A stretch of 64,000 nt of DNA from Ideonella sp. (GTDB lineage Bacteria; Pseudomonadota; Gammaproteobacteria; Burkholderiales; Burkholderiaceae_C). Below, one piece after another: positions 8,594-18,781 of this stretch (its first letter is position 1; each line of letters opens with the position of its first letter). The stretch lies in NCBI GenBank assembly GCA_016721465.1, contig JADKIA010000026.1, forward strand, positions 7,846 to 71,845. Direction: 5' to 3'. The notes beneath the pieces were generated by a model. That model saw only the letters and a program-made list of their open reading frames with translations, did no database searches and was not told the origin of the DNA. Made by a program: the position numbers and the translations under genes.

Positions 8594-10957
8594 TCACAGC
8601 AAGAAGGCCTGCAGCTGCGCGCAGGAAGAATGGGCCTGGTCCGGTTGGTCGCCACACGCGGGCACGCCGATCACGCGCACGGCGACGAAGCGTTCCGGCG
8701 CGGGCAGCCTCAGGCTGTAGCGGGCATCGCGGTCCCATTGCTCCACGCCGGAAGCCTGCGTGTCGGTGGTGGCGGGGTAGTCGGCCAGGGTGCCGACCGT
8801 GTCCCAGGGCGCGCCTGCGCTGCGCTGCACCTGCACGCGTGGCTTGCCGCTTCGCGTGTCGAACCAGCCGCCGTGCCTGGCCACGCGGCCGTGCGTGAAG
8901 ACGAAGCGGCGGGCCGACACGGGCTGGCTCAGCGTGACGGCGTACCAGTCCTCGTCGGCGCGCTGGCCATCGGCCGTGGTGACGCTGCACTCGAAGTCCT
9001 CGCCGATGAGCGAGCCGGCCTGCGGGCCATGGTCGGCCCCGGGCCGCGAGCGGCTTTCGCGGCCGTCGATCAGCAGCGACTCGCCCGGGCCCGCGGCGTC
9101 CAGCCCCGGCGCACGCATCCACACGCGAAACAGCCCGCCGCCCGCGCCGGCGTCGGCAAAGGGGCGCAGGCGCACGGCGCGGCGGCGGGCCTCGGCGCGG
9201 TCGATCACCTCGGCCTCGAAGCGCAGGGCTGGCGCGGCAGACGCCTGGATCGCCGCGGCGGCCGGCGTGAGCGTGAGCCGGTGGCTGGCGCCGAGCCCGG
9301 GGTTGTCGGCTTGCTCGCAGGCCAGCACGAAGGGGCCCCAGGCCAGCGCGGCACGACCCGCCTGCACCCGCTCACCCGAGTGCACGCGCGAGGCGAGCTG
9401 AAAGCGCAGCGGCACGGTGTCGCCGTCCTTCCAGGTGCGGCGCGGCAGTTCAGCCCAACCCGCGTGTTCAACGGCGCCGTCGATGAGCAGCGGGCGCGCC
9501 CATTCCGGCACCCGCACGCGGAGGGCGAATGCCGCCGGCCGCGCCATGCGCAACACCAGACGCGCCTCGCCGCGGTAGGGAAAGCCGCTGTGCTGCTCGA
9601 CCGTCACCGCCTGGCCACCCAGCGTGAAATGCGCGCTCGACGGTTCGAAGGTGCTGACGAGCAGCGTGTCCCGACCTTTCTCGCTGCGCCGCAGGTAGGC
9701 CGCCTGTGGCGCCAGTGCCAGGCCACGCGGGCCGCTGGAGTGGCAGCAGGTGATGCCCTTGTCGTGGTGCTTGCGCCCATCGGTGGCGGTGAAGTAGCAC
9801 CAGTCCTCGCCGTCCGGGTGCTGGGCGGCCGTGAGGTGGTTGTAGAACGAGCGCTCCAGTTCGTTGGCAAAGCGCGCCTCGCCGGTGAGCTGCAGCAGGG
9901 CCAGGTTGAACTGGATCCAGGTGGTGGTGACGCAGGTCTCGCCCACGTGGGCGCGCACGTCGCCGCGCTGGTCGCCATCGGGCTGGAAGTGCTCGTACTG
10001 GCTGGTGGTGCCGGTGACGTAGAGGCGGTTGTCGGCGATGTCCTGCCACGCGATCAGCGCGGCCTGCCTGAGCCGACGATCCCCGGTCACCCGGGCCAGT
10101 TCGCACAGGCCGACCAGGTTGGACAACATCTCGTAGGCCTTGCCATTGGCCACCTTGGCCACGCTGTGCTCGGTCAGCAAGGTCTCGACGATGCGCGGGC
10201 CCTGGGCCTCGTTCCAGGCACGCACCAGGTAGCGCGCGAAATCCAGGTGGCGCGCCTCGCCCGTGAGGCGGTACAGCAGCACCATGGGCTCGAGCACGCT
10301 GGTGGCGGCCATGCCCTGGTGCGTGCCCGCGGCCAGGATGCTGCGTTGCGCGGGGAAGGTGGCCAGCAGCAGATCGGCCGCGCGGCGGCTGGCCTGGAGC
10401 GCCGGCGCGTTCGCGGTGTATTGATGGTAGGTGAGCAGGCCCAGCATCGCGTACTTGTGCGACCACACGTCCCAGTCGGCGCCCTCGTGCAAGGCCAGGC
10501 GCTTGTCGGGGGTGTAGGTGCCCAGGTAGCCATCGGCCTCCTGCGTGGCGATCAGCTCGGCGGCCACGCGGTCGAGCTTGGCGCGCAGGGCCGCGTCGCC
10601 GTTGTTGGCCCAGGCCAGCGTGGCGGCGTGCAGCCACTTGCCCACGTGCTCGCCGATCCAGGGGTGGCTGCCCGGCTTGTGGCGAAAGCCCGCGAGCAGC
10701 GGCTCGGTGTCGACCTTCAGCAGGCGCTGGCGGGCGTTGAGCGCGACGCGCCCGCCCAGCCAGCCACCCAATTGCACGGCCGAGGGCGGCGCCAATGTCA
10801 CCGCGTCGGGTTCGGCGGCCGGCACGCGGTCAGGCATGGGCGCGCGGGACATCGGCATGGCGCGCGGCAGCGCATGCGATTTCATGGGCGCCAGGCCGAG
10901 CGCGGCCAGCCCGACCAGGGCCTGGCGGCGGTTGGTGTGCAGGCGGGCAATCGACAT
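8594..10957 (-). CDS. Glycoside hydrolase family 127 (DUF1680, beta-L-arabinofuranosidase-like) with C-terminal extension
   Basis: ATG 10957 is preferred over TTG 10981. Tat-like signal MSIARLHTNRRQALVGLAALGLAP. DGYLGTYTPD and WDVWSHKYAMLGLL are present. The Cys/Glu zinc-site pattern is HVGETCVTTTW and ITCCHSSGPRG. Confidence 0.85.
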   Translation of the reverse strand: MSIARLHTNRRQALVGLAALGLAPMKSHALPRAMPMSRAPMPDRVPAAEPDAVTLAPPSAVQLGGWLGGRVALNARQRLLKVDTEPLLAGFRHKPGSHPWIGEHVGKWLHAATLAWANNGDAALRAKLDRVAAELIATQEADGYLGTYTPDKRLALHEGADWDVWSHKYAMLGLLTYHQYTANAPALQASRRAADLLLATFPAQRSILAAGTHQGMAATSVLEPMVLLYRLTGEARHLDFARYLVRAWNEAQGPRIVETLLTEHSVAKVANGKAYEMLSNLVGLCELARVTGDRRLRQAALIAWQDIADNRLYVTGTTSQYEHFQPDGDQRGDVRAHVGETCVTTTWIQFNLALLQLTGEARFANELERSFYNHLTAAQHPDGEDWCYFTATDGRKHHDKGITCCHSSGPRGLALAPQAAYLRRSEKGRDTLLVSTFEPSSAHFTLGGQAVTVEQHSGFPYRGEARLVLRMARPAAFALRVRVPEWARPLLIDGAVEHAGWAELPRRTWKDGDTVPLRFQLASRVHSGERVQAGRAALAWGPFVLACEQADNPGLGASHRLTLTPAAAAIQASAAPALRFEAEVIDRAEARRRAVRLRPFADAGAGGGLFRVWMRAPGLDAAGPGESLLIDGRESRSRPGADHGPQAGSLIGEDFECSVTTADGQRADEDWYAVTLSQPVSARRFVFTHGRVARHGGWFDTRSGKPRVQVQRSAGAPWDTVGTLADYPATTDTQASGVEQWDRDARYSLRLPAPERFVAVRVIGVPACGDQPDQAHSSCAQLQAFLL

Positions 10958-11024
10958 GGCGGGGCCTTGGGTGGGGTTCAATGCAGGTCGGCATCGTCAC
11001 CCCGCGCCTGCGCTACGGGGAGGG

Positions 11025-13316
11025 TCATTCCAGCAGTTCGAAGCTGGCGCGCAAGCGGATGTCGTCCGATGCCGCGCCGACCATCAGATCGAACTCGCCC
11101 GGTTCGGCCACCCACTGCAGCCGGTGGTTGTGGAAGGACAGCGTCTCCCGGTCGATGACGAAGCTCAGTTCGCGCGACTGGCCGGGCTGCAGGTGCAGCT
11201 TCTGGAAGCCCTTGAGCTCCTGCACCGGCCGCACCACCGAGCCCACGCGGTCGCGCAGGTACAGCTGCACCACCTCGTCGCCGGCGCGTGCGCCGGTGTT
11301 GCGCAGCGTGAAGCGCACGGTGAGTGTGTCGGTGAGCGCGAGCCGGGTCTTGTCCAGGCGCAGATCGCTGTAGGCGAACTGCGTGTAGCTCAGGCCATGG
11401 CCAAAGGCGTAGCGCGGCGCATTGGGGCTGTCGATGTAGTGGCTGCGAAAGGCCTGGCTGCCCGCGGCGCCGGACGCATCGGGCGGCGGCACCGGGCGGC
11501 CGGTGTTGAAGTGGCTGTAGAACACCGGGATCTGCCCCACGCTGCGCGGGAAGCTGATCGGCAGGCGCGCCGACGGGTTGTGCTCACCCAGCAGCACATC
11601 GGCGATGGCATTGCCCGCCTCGGTGCCCAGCCACCACGTGTACGCGATGGCGTTCACGCGCTCGGCCGCCCAGTTGAAGGTGAGCGGCCTGCCGGCGTTG
11701 ACCAGCAGCACCACGGGCTTGCCGGTGGCGTGCACGGCCTGGACCAGCTCGTCCTGTACGCCGGGCAGGCCGAGGTCGGCGCGGCTCTTGGCCTCGCCGC
11801 TCATGTCGGCCGATTCGCCCAAGCTCATCACCACCACGTCGGCCTGGCGCGCCACTGCCACGGCCTCGGCGAAGCCATCGCGCCGGTCGCCCTGGATGTC
11901 GCTGCCTTTGGCGTACAGCAGGCGGGCATCGGCGGGCAGGCGCTGCTTCAGCCCGTCCCATTGGGTGACGATGAACTTCGAATAGTCCAGCCCCGGGATA
12001 CGGATGGCCCAGGCGCCGTGGTTGTCTTCCACGGCCTTGACCAGCGGACCGATGAAGGCGATGGTCTTGCCCTGCGGCTGCAGCGGCAGCAGGGGCTGCT
12101 TCGTCGCCGGCCAGGGCTCGTTCTTCAACAGCACGATGCTCTTGGCGGCCATGGCCCGCGCGGCCTGGCGGTGCTCGGGACGGGCGAGCACCGCTTGCTC
12201 GCGCGCGGCGTCGCTGAAGCGGTAGGGATCTTCGAACAGGCCCAGCTCGAACTTCTTGCGCAAGACCCGCTTGACGGCATCGTCCACCAAGCTTTGCGCG
12301 ACCTGGCCGTCGCGCACCAGGGCGCCCAGGTGATCGCGGTAGGCGGTGCTTTCCATGTCCATGTCGCTGCCGGCGGTGATGGCCGCGCGGGCGGCATCGC
12401 GCTGGTCCTTCACGTAGCCGTGCGCCACCATCTCGCCGATGGAGCCCCAGTCCGACACCACGAAGCCCTTGAACGCCCATGCACCCTTGAGGATGTCGCG
12501 CTGCAGCAGCGCGCTGCCGTTGGCAGGAATGCCGTTGAGGTCGTTGAAGGCGTTCATGAACGTGGCCACGCCCGCATCCACCGCGGCCTTGAAGGGGGGC
12601 AGGTACACCTCGCGCAACAGCCGCTCGCTCGTGTCCACCGAGTTGTAGTCGCGCCCGCCCTGCGCGGCACCATAGGCCGCGAAGTGCTTGGCGGTGGCCA
12701 TCACCGCATCGGTGTCGCCGAGTTGTCGGCCCTGGAAGCCCTTGACCCGAGCGAACGCGATCTTCGAGCCGAGGTAGGGGTCTTCGCCGGCGCCCTCCAT
12801 CACGCGACCCCAGCGCGGATCGCGCGCAATGTCGACCATGGGCGCAAAGGTCCAGTGGATGCCCGAGGCCGCCGCCTCGGTGGCGGCGATGCGGGCCGAT
12901 TGCTCGATGGCGGGCAGGTCCCAGCTGGCGGCCTCGGCCAGCGGGATCGGGAAGGTGGTCTGGTAGCCATGGATCACGTCCTGCCCGAACAGCAGCGGGA
13001 TCTTCAGGCGCGATTGCATGGCCAGCGCCTGGTAGGCCCGCGTGCGCTCGGCGCCCAGCACATTCAGCATGGCCCCGACCCGGCCGGCCAGCAGGTGGTC
13101 CTGGTGGCTGCCCTTGAACGTGACCGGGCCGGTGGCGTTCCAGTTGCCCGAATACTGGGTCAGCTGGCCGATCTTCTCTTCCTGCGTCATCTGCTGCAGC
13201 AGGGCCTCGACGCGGGGCTCGATGTCCGACCCGGCCGCACGGACACCCGGCACCACGCTGGCCAGCAGCAAGCCGGCCAGGGCGCGCCGGCGGATCGAAG
13301 GACACGTGTTTTGCAT
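11025..13316 (-). CDS. bglX: Periplasmic beta-glucosidase, glycoside hydrolase family 3
   Basis: 763 aa. Signal peptide with RRR. QMTQEEKIGQLTQ, KHFAAYGAAQGGRDYN, GFVVSDWGS (nucleophile Asp) and a C-terminal FnIII-like domain. Confidence 0.9.
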   Translation of the reverse strand: MQNTCPSIRRRALAGLLLASVVPGVRAAGSDIEPRVEALLQQMTQEEKIGQLTQYSGNWNATGPVTFKGSHQDHLLAGRVGAMLNVLGAERTRAYQALAMQSRLKIPLLFGQDVIHGYQTTFPIPLAEAASWDLPAIEQSARIAATEAAASGIHWTFAPMVDIARDPRWGRVMEGAGEDPYLGSKIAFARVKGFQGRQLGDTDAVMATAKHFAAYGAAQGGRDYNSVDTSERLLREVYLPPFKAAVDAGVATFMNAFNDLNGIPANGSALLQRDILKGAWAFKGFVVSDWGSIGEMVAHGYVKDQRDAARAAITAGSDMDMESTAYRDHLGALVRDGQVAQSLVDDAVKRVLRKKFELGLFEDPYRFSDAAREQAVLARPEHRQAARAMAAKSIVLLKNEPWPATKQPLLPLQPQGKTIAFIGPLVKAVEDNHGAWAIRIPGLDYSKFIVTQWDGLKQRLPADARLLYAKGSDIQGDRRDGFAEAVAVARQADVVVMSLGESADMSGEAKSRADLGLPGVQDELVQAVHATGKPVVLLVNAGRPLTFNWAAERVNAIAYTWWLGTEAGNAIADVLLGEHNPSARLPISFPRSVGQIPVFYSHFNTGRPVPPPDASGAAGSQAFRSHYIDSPNAPRYAFGHGLSYTQFAYSDLRLDKTRLALTDTLTVRFTLRNTGARAGDEVVQLYLRDRVGSVVRPVQELKGFQKLHLQPGQSRELSFVIDRETLSFHNHRLQWVAEPGEFDLMVGAASDDIRLRASFELLE

Positions 13317-13345
13317 GTTGCTATTCGGGCGTTTGTCGCGGGCCG

Positions 13346-14197
13346 TCAGTCCAGCAGCAGGCGCGCCACCACCGGGTGGTGATCGGACGGGTAGCGGCGA
13401 TCGATGGAATCGCTGAGCACGGCGTACTGCAGCACGCGCACGCCCGGGCTGACGAAGATGTAGTCGATGCGTTCAATCATCGGCGCATCGAGCTGAAAGT
13501 CGTTGAAGGTGCCCACCGGGCCATAAGGCGGGCTGAGCGACCAGGCACGGGCATCGTGCAGCCGGCCGCTCAGCGCCTGGATCTGCGGCGTGTCGGGCGT
13601 GGAATTGAAGTCGCCCAGGCACACCACGGGCAGGCCGGCGGAGAGCTCGTCCATCTTGCGCAACATCAGCTGCGCCGACTCGCGCCGCGCGAGCTCGCCC
13701 TCGTGATCGAAGTGCACCGAGAACACGGCCAGGCTGCGCCCGCTGGCCTTGTCGCGCAACCGGGCCCAGGAGGCCAGGCGCCTGCAGCAACGCGCGTCCC
13801 AACCCTTGGACGGCACCTCCGGCGTGGGGCTGAGCCAGAAGTCGCCATTGGCCAGCAACTCGAAGCGGGCCTTGCGGAAGAAGATGGCCGAATGCTCGCC
13901 GGCGTCCTGCCCATCGTCGCGGCCTCGGCCGACGCGGGTGTATTCGCCCATCTGCTCCAGGTCGCGGATCTGGTCGATCAGGCCTTCCTGGGTACCGAGC
14001 AGATCGAATCCGTGATAACGCACCAAGGCCTTGACCGCCTCGCGACGTTGCGGCCAGGCGTTGACGCCATCGCTGGCCAGGTTCAGGCGCAGGTTGTAGG
14101 TGGCCGCCTCGATCGGCGCCGCATCGGGGGCTGCCGGCGCGGCGGACACCACCAGCGCCAGCAGGCCGGCCGCCAAGGACCGCACGACGGCCTTCAT
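13346..14197 (-). CDS. Endonuclease/exonuclease/phosphatase (EEP) family protein, secreted
   Basis: Trimmed from ORF 13346..14884 (229 codons removed) to ATG 14197, which overlaps the upstream stop as ATGA. Signal MKAVVRSLAAGLLALVVSAAPAAP. YNLRLN, GTQEGL, VFSVHFDHEG, CLGDFNS and SDHHPVVARL are present. Confidence 0.85.
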   Translation of the reverse strand: MKAVVRSLAAGLLALVVSAAPAAPDAAPIEAATYNLRLNLASDGVNAWPQRREAVKALVRYHGFDLLGTQEGLIDQIRDLEQMGEYTRVGRGRDDGQDAGEHSAIFFRKARFELLANGDFWLSPTPEVPSKGWDARCCRRLASWARLRDKASGRSLAVFSVHFDHEGELARRESAQLMLRKMDELSAGLPVVCLGDFNSTPDTPQIQALSGRLHDARAWSLSPPYGPVGTFNDFQLDAPMIERIDYIFVSPGVRVLQYAVLSDSIDRRYPSDHHPVVARLLLD

Positions 14198-15696
14198 GCC
14201 TGGCAGTTCGCCGCGATGAATTCGGCGTGCGTGGGCATCACGTTCACGCACTTGGCCACCACGCGCTCCACGTCGTCGATGAAGGCCTTCACCTGGCTCT
14301 CGGGCAACAGGTCGGCGAAGGGGTGGTAGCCGCGCGGCTGGATGCGCTGGCCCTGCATCACCTGCAGCCAGCTGAGCTCGGCGAAGAGCTCGTTGTCCTC
14401 GCGGAACATGCGTCCATTGCTGCGGTACAGGTCGATCTTGCGCTGCAGCCGCGGCGGGATGGCCATGTTGCGGCAGTAGTTCCAGAATTCGGAGTCGTCG
14501 CGCTCGGTGGCCTTGTAGTGCAGGATCAGGAAGTCGCGGATGTACTCGTACTCGGCCTGCGTCTGCTTGTTGTACTCGGCGATGTCCACCGCGTCGAAAC
14601 CCGCGTGCGGGAAGAACACGATCATGCGCGAGATGGCGGTCTGGATCAGGTGGATGCTGGTGGACTCCAGCGGCTCCAGGAAGCCGCTGGACAAGCCCAC
14701 GGCCACGCAGTTGTGGCTCCAGAAGCTCTTGCGCCGGCCGGTGACGTAGTGGATGTGGCGCGGATCGGCCAGCGGCTTGCCGTCGAGCTTGCTCATCAGG
14801 ATGGCGGTGGCCTCGTCCTCGCCCATGAACGGGCTGCTGTAGACATGGCCATTGCCGATGCGGTGCTGCAGCGGGATGCGCCATTGCCAGCCCGCCGTGT
14901 GCGCAGTGGAGCGCGTCATCGGCAGCAGCGGCTGCACCGATTCACACGGCACGGCAATGGCCCGGTCGCAGGGCAGCCAGTGCCGCCAGTCCTCGTAGCC
15001 GGCGTGCAGCGTCTGCTCGATCAGCAGGCCGCGGATGCCCGAGCAATCGACGAAGAAATCGCCCTCGATGCGCTCGCCACCTTCCATCACCACCGCGCTG
15101 ATGAAGCCGTCGGGCTCGCGCTGCAGCACCTGCACGACCTTGCCCTCGGTGCGGCGCACGCCGCGCTCCTCGGCCAGGCTGCGCAGGTAACGTGCATACA
15201 GGCCGGCATCGAAGTGGAAGGCGTTGGCGATGTCGGCCAGCGGCGAGCCGGGCATGTCGGTGCGGGCGCGCATGTACTTGCTCTGCAGCGGCGCCAGGGT
15301 GTTGATCGAATACTTGTCCAGCTCGCCGGCCAGCCCGAGCTGGCGCATGCGCAGCCAGTAGTGGTGGAAGGACAGGCCGTCGAGCTCCTGCCCCACCTTG
15401 CCGAAGCCGTGGATGTAGCGGTCGCCCAGGCCACCCCAGTTGACGAACTCGATGCCGAGCTTGAAGGTGCCCTGGGTGCGGCGCAGGAACTCGTCCTCGT
15501 CGATGCCGATGGCCGTGTTGAAGGCCTTGATGTGCGGGATGGTGGCCTCGCCCACGCCGATGATGCCGATCTCGTCGGATTCGACCAGGCGGATGCGGTA
15601 ACTGGGGTTGAGCAGCTTGGACAGCGCGGCGGCCGTCATCCAGCCGGCGGTGCCGCCGCCGACAATGACGATGTTGCGGACGGGTTGAATCGACAT
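14194..15696 (-). CDS. Flavin-dependent tryptophan-halogenase-family protein (TBDR-locus-associated type)
   Basis: GxGxxG (IVIVGGGTAGW), VGEATIP, the WxWxIP signature (GWQWRIPLQHR), GTFKLGIEF and SSGFLEPLESTSIH. No signal peptide. Confidence 0.85.
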   Translation of the reverse strand: MSIQPVRNIVIVGGGTAGWMTAAALSKLLNPSYRIRLVESDEIGIIGVGEATIPHIKAFNTAIGIDEDEFLRRTQGTFKLGIEFVNWGGLGDRYIHGFGKVGQELDGLSFHHYWLRMRQLGLAGELDKYSINTLAPLQSKYMRARTDMPGSPLADIANAFHFDAGLYARYLRSLAEERGVRRTEGKVVQVLQREPDGFISAVVMEGGERIEGDFFVDCSGIRGLLIEQTLHAGYEDWRHWLPCDRAIAVPCESVQPLLPMTRSTAHTAGWQWRIPLQHRIGNGHVYSSPFMGEDEATAILMSKLDGKPLADPRHIHYVTGRRKSFWSHNCVAVGLSSGFLEPLESTSIHLIQTAISRMIVFFPHAGFDAVDIAEYNKQTQAEYEYIRDFLILHYKATERDDSEFWNYCRNMAIPPRLQRKIDLYRSNGRMFREDNELFAELSWLQVMQGQRIQPRGYHPFADLLPESQVKAFIDDVERVVAKCVNVMPTHAEFIAANCQA

Positions 15697-15716
15697 GGCG
15701 AGATCCTCTGTTCAGT

Positions 15717-16841
<1,125 letters not shown>

Positions 16842-16844
16842 GCG

Positions 16845-17804
16845 CTATCCCTTCACCGCGCCGGCCGCGATGCCGCGCACGAACCAGCGTCCGGAGACGA
16901 AATACACCAACAGCGGCACCATCGAGGTGAGGATGGTGGCGGCCATGTTCACGTTGTACAGGCGCTCGCCGGTGGTGGTGTTGATCACGTTGTTGAGCTG
17001 CACCGTCATGGGCAGGTTGTCGCGGCCGGCGAACACCAGGCCCAGCACGTAGTCGTTCCACACGCCGGTGATCTGCATGATGGCCGCGACGATGATCATC
17101 GGCGTGGACATGGGCAGCATCAGCTGACCGAAGATGCGCCAGAAGCCACCGCCATCGATGCGCGCGGCCTTGAACAGCTCCTGCGGGATCGAGGCATAGT
17201 AGTTGCGGAACAGCAGCGTCATCACCGGCATGCTGAAGACGAGGTGCACCAGCACGATGCCTGGCAGCGAGCTGAACAGGCCGATGGCCGCCACCACCTT
17301 GACCAGCGGGTAGATCATCACCTGCACCGGGATGAAGGCACCGAGCATCAGCACGGCGAACAGGGTGTTGGCGCCACGCGGCTTCCAGAAGCTCAGCGCA
17401 TAGCCGTTGAGCGCCCCCATCAGGATGGGCAGTACGGTGCTGGGCACGACGATGGCCACCGAGTTCCAGAAGCCCACGCGCACGCCGCCGCAATCCACGC
17501 CGGTGCAGGCCTGGCTCCACGCGGTGCGCCAGGCGTCGAGGCTGAGGTGCTGCGGCAGCGCGAAGAGCTGGCCCAGGCGGATCTCGTCCATGCCCTTCAG
17601 CGAGGTGACGGCCATGATGTACAGCGGCGCCAGGAAGAACGCGGCGGCGAACAGCAGGAAGGCGTACACACCGATGCGGCCGACGTTGACACGCGAACGA
17701 CGGTGCAGCGGCGTCCCAGCGGCAGCCGCGAAACCGGCTTTGCCGGGCCGCTGGGTGCGCCCACCCGGGGGGGAGGCGCCGAAGGCGCTACGGGGGGAGG
17801 TCAT
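16845..17804 (-). CDS. Carbohydrate ABC transporter permease (GtsC-like)
   Basis: Trimmed from ORF 16845..18701 to ATG 17804 (ATGA overlap with the upstream stop). EAA-loop region KAARIDGGGFWRIFGQLMLP. Aligns by eye with 27678..28535. Confidence 0.85.
   Translation of the reverse strand: MTSPRSAFGASPPGGRTQRPGKAGFAAAAGTPLHRRSRVNVGRIGVYAFLLFAAAFFLAPLYIMAVTSLKGMDEIRLGQLFALPQHLSLDAWRTAWSQACTGVDCGGVRVGFWNSVAIVVPSTVLPILMGALNGYALSFWKPRGANTLFAVLMLGAFIPVQVMIYPLVKVVAAIGLFSSLPGIVLVHLVFSMPVMTLLFRNYYASIPQELFKAARIDGGGFWRIFGQLMLPMSTPMIIVAAIMQITGVWNDYVLGLVFAGRDNLPMTVQLNNVINTTTGERLYNVNMAATILTSMVPLLVYFVSGRWFVRGIAAGAVKG
17732..17797. repeat. Repeated two-hairpin block at the 5' end of a permease gene (copy A)
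   Basis: Contains aaccggctttgccgggcc (CCGGC-TTT-GCCGG hairpin) and gaggcgccgaaggcgctacgggggg (GCGCC-GAA-GGCGC hairpin). The same two blocks recur at 18682..18774. Confidence 0.5.
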
Positions 17805-18781
17805 GTTCTGCTTCGGGCGTAGAGCACGGGCGCGACCAAGGCCAGCACGGTGAGCAACAGCACGATGGCGCCGGCCGATGCCAACGCCAGATTGGCGCGG
17901 CCGAACAGGTGGTCCATGATGAACTTGGCGGGCACGTCGCTGGCGGTGCCCGGGCCACCCTGCGTCATGGCCACCACCGCGTCGAACACCTTGACCACGC
18001 CGGTGAACAGCAGCACGAACACCGTGGCCAGCGTCGGGCCCATCATCGGCAGCACGATGGACAGGTACACCCGCCAGGTGGGAATGCCATCGACTCGCGC
18101 GGCCTTCCACAGGTCGTCGTCGATGCCGCGCAGGCCCGCCAGCATCAAGGCCATCACCAGCCCCGAGGCCTGCCAGACGCTGGCGATCACGACCGTGTAG
18201 ATGACCTTGTCCTGGTCGATGATCCAGTCGAACGTGAAGTCCGGGAAGCCCATCTGCCGCACCGCCTGCTGCAGGCCGCTGCCGGGGTTGAGCACCCACT
18301 GCCAGACCAGCCCCGTGGCCACGAAGGACATGGCGTAGGGGTAGAGAAAGAGGGTGCGCAGCAGGCCCTCGCCCTTGACCTTCTGGTCGATGAACACCGC
18401 CAGCAGGAAACCGATCACCACCGTGGCCGCGATGAACAGCACGCCGTAGAGCGCCAGGTTCTGCAGCGCGAGCTGCCAGCGCTCGTTGTCGAACAGGCGC
18501 TCGTACTGCGCCAGCCCGACGAAATCGTCCTGCGGAAAGGTGCGCGAGCTGCTCATCGACACGCGCAGCGACCACAGCGTGGCGCCCAGGTAGGCCACCA
18601 GCACCGTCAAGGCCATGGGCAGCAGCGCGCCCCACGGCACCACACGACGCAGAGCGCGCCGCCACCACGTGGACGCCGTGGAACCGGCTTTGCCGGGCCA
18701 CTGGCGTTGCCCGCCAGAACTCGAAGAGTTCCCATGGGCAACCCTGGGCGAGGCGCCAGAGGCGCTCCGGGGGGTCGTCAC
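17801..18781 (-). CDS. Carbohydrate ABC transporter permease (GtsB-like)
   Basis: GTG start overlapping the SBP stop (GTGA). Aligns by eye with 26806..27681 (NERWQLALQNLALYG vs SERWWVALRNLGLFG). EAA loop KAARVDGIPTWRVYLSIVLP. Confidence 0.85.
   Translation of the reverse strand: MTTPRSASGASPRVAHGNSSSSGGQRQWPGKAGSTASTWWRRALRRVVPWGALLPMALTVLVAYLGATLWSLRVSMSSSRTFPQDDFVGLAQYERLFDNERWQLALQNLALYGVLFIAATVVIGFLLAVFIDQKVKGEGLLRTLFLYPYAMSFVATGLVWQWVLNPGSGLQQAVRQMGFPDFTFDWIIDQDKVIYTVVIASVWQASGLVMALMLAGLRGIDDDLWKAARVDGIPTWRVYLSIVLPMMGPTLATVFVLLFTGVVKVFDAVVAMTQGGPGTASDVPAKFIMDHLFGRANLALASAGAIVLLLTVLALVAPVLYARSRT
18682..18774. repeat. Repeated two-hairpin block at the 5' end of a permease gene (copy B, with ~25-nt insertion)
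   Basis: Contains aaccggctttgccgggcc and gaggcgccagaggcgctccgggggg. The second stem is conserved (GCGCC/GGCGC) with a changed loop (AGA). Confidence 0.5.

Noticed and set aside
8630-13382. Very long plus-strand ORFs 8630..11158 (842 aa) and 10545..13382 (945 aa)
   Set aside because: These are antisense shadows of the GH127 and GH3 genes. Their translations are Arg/Gly/Ala/His-rich with no recognisable motifs, while the minus strand carries clear family signatures. Long stop-free antisense frames are expected at this GC content.
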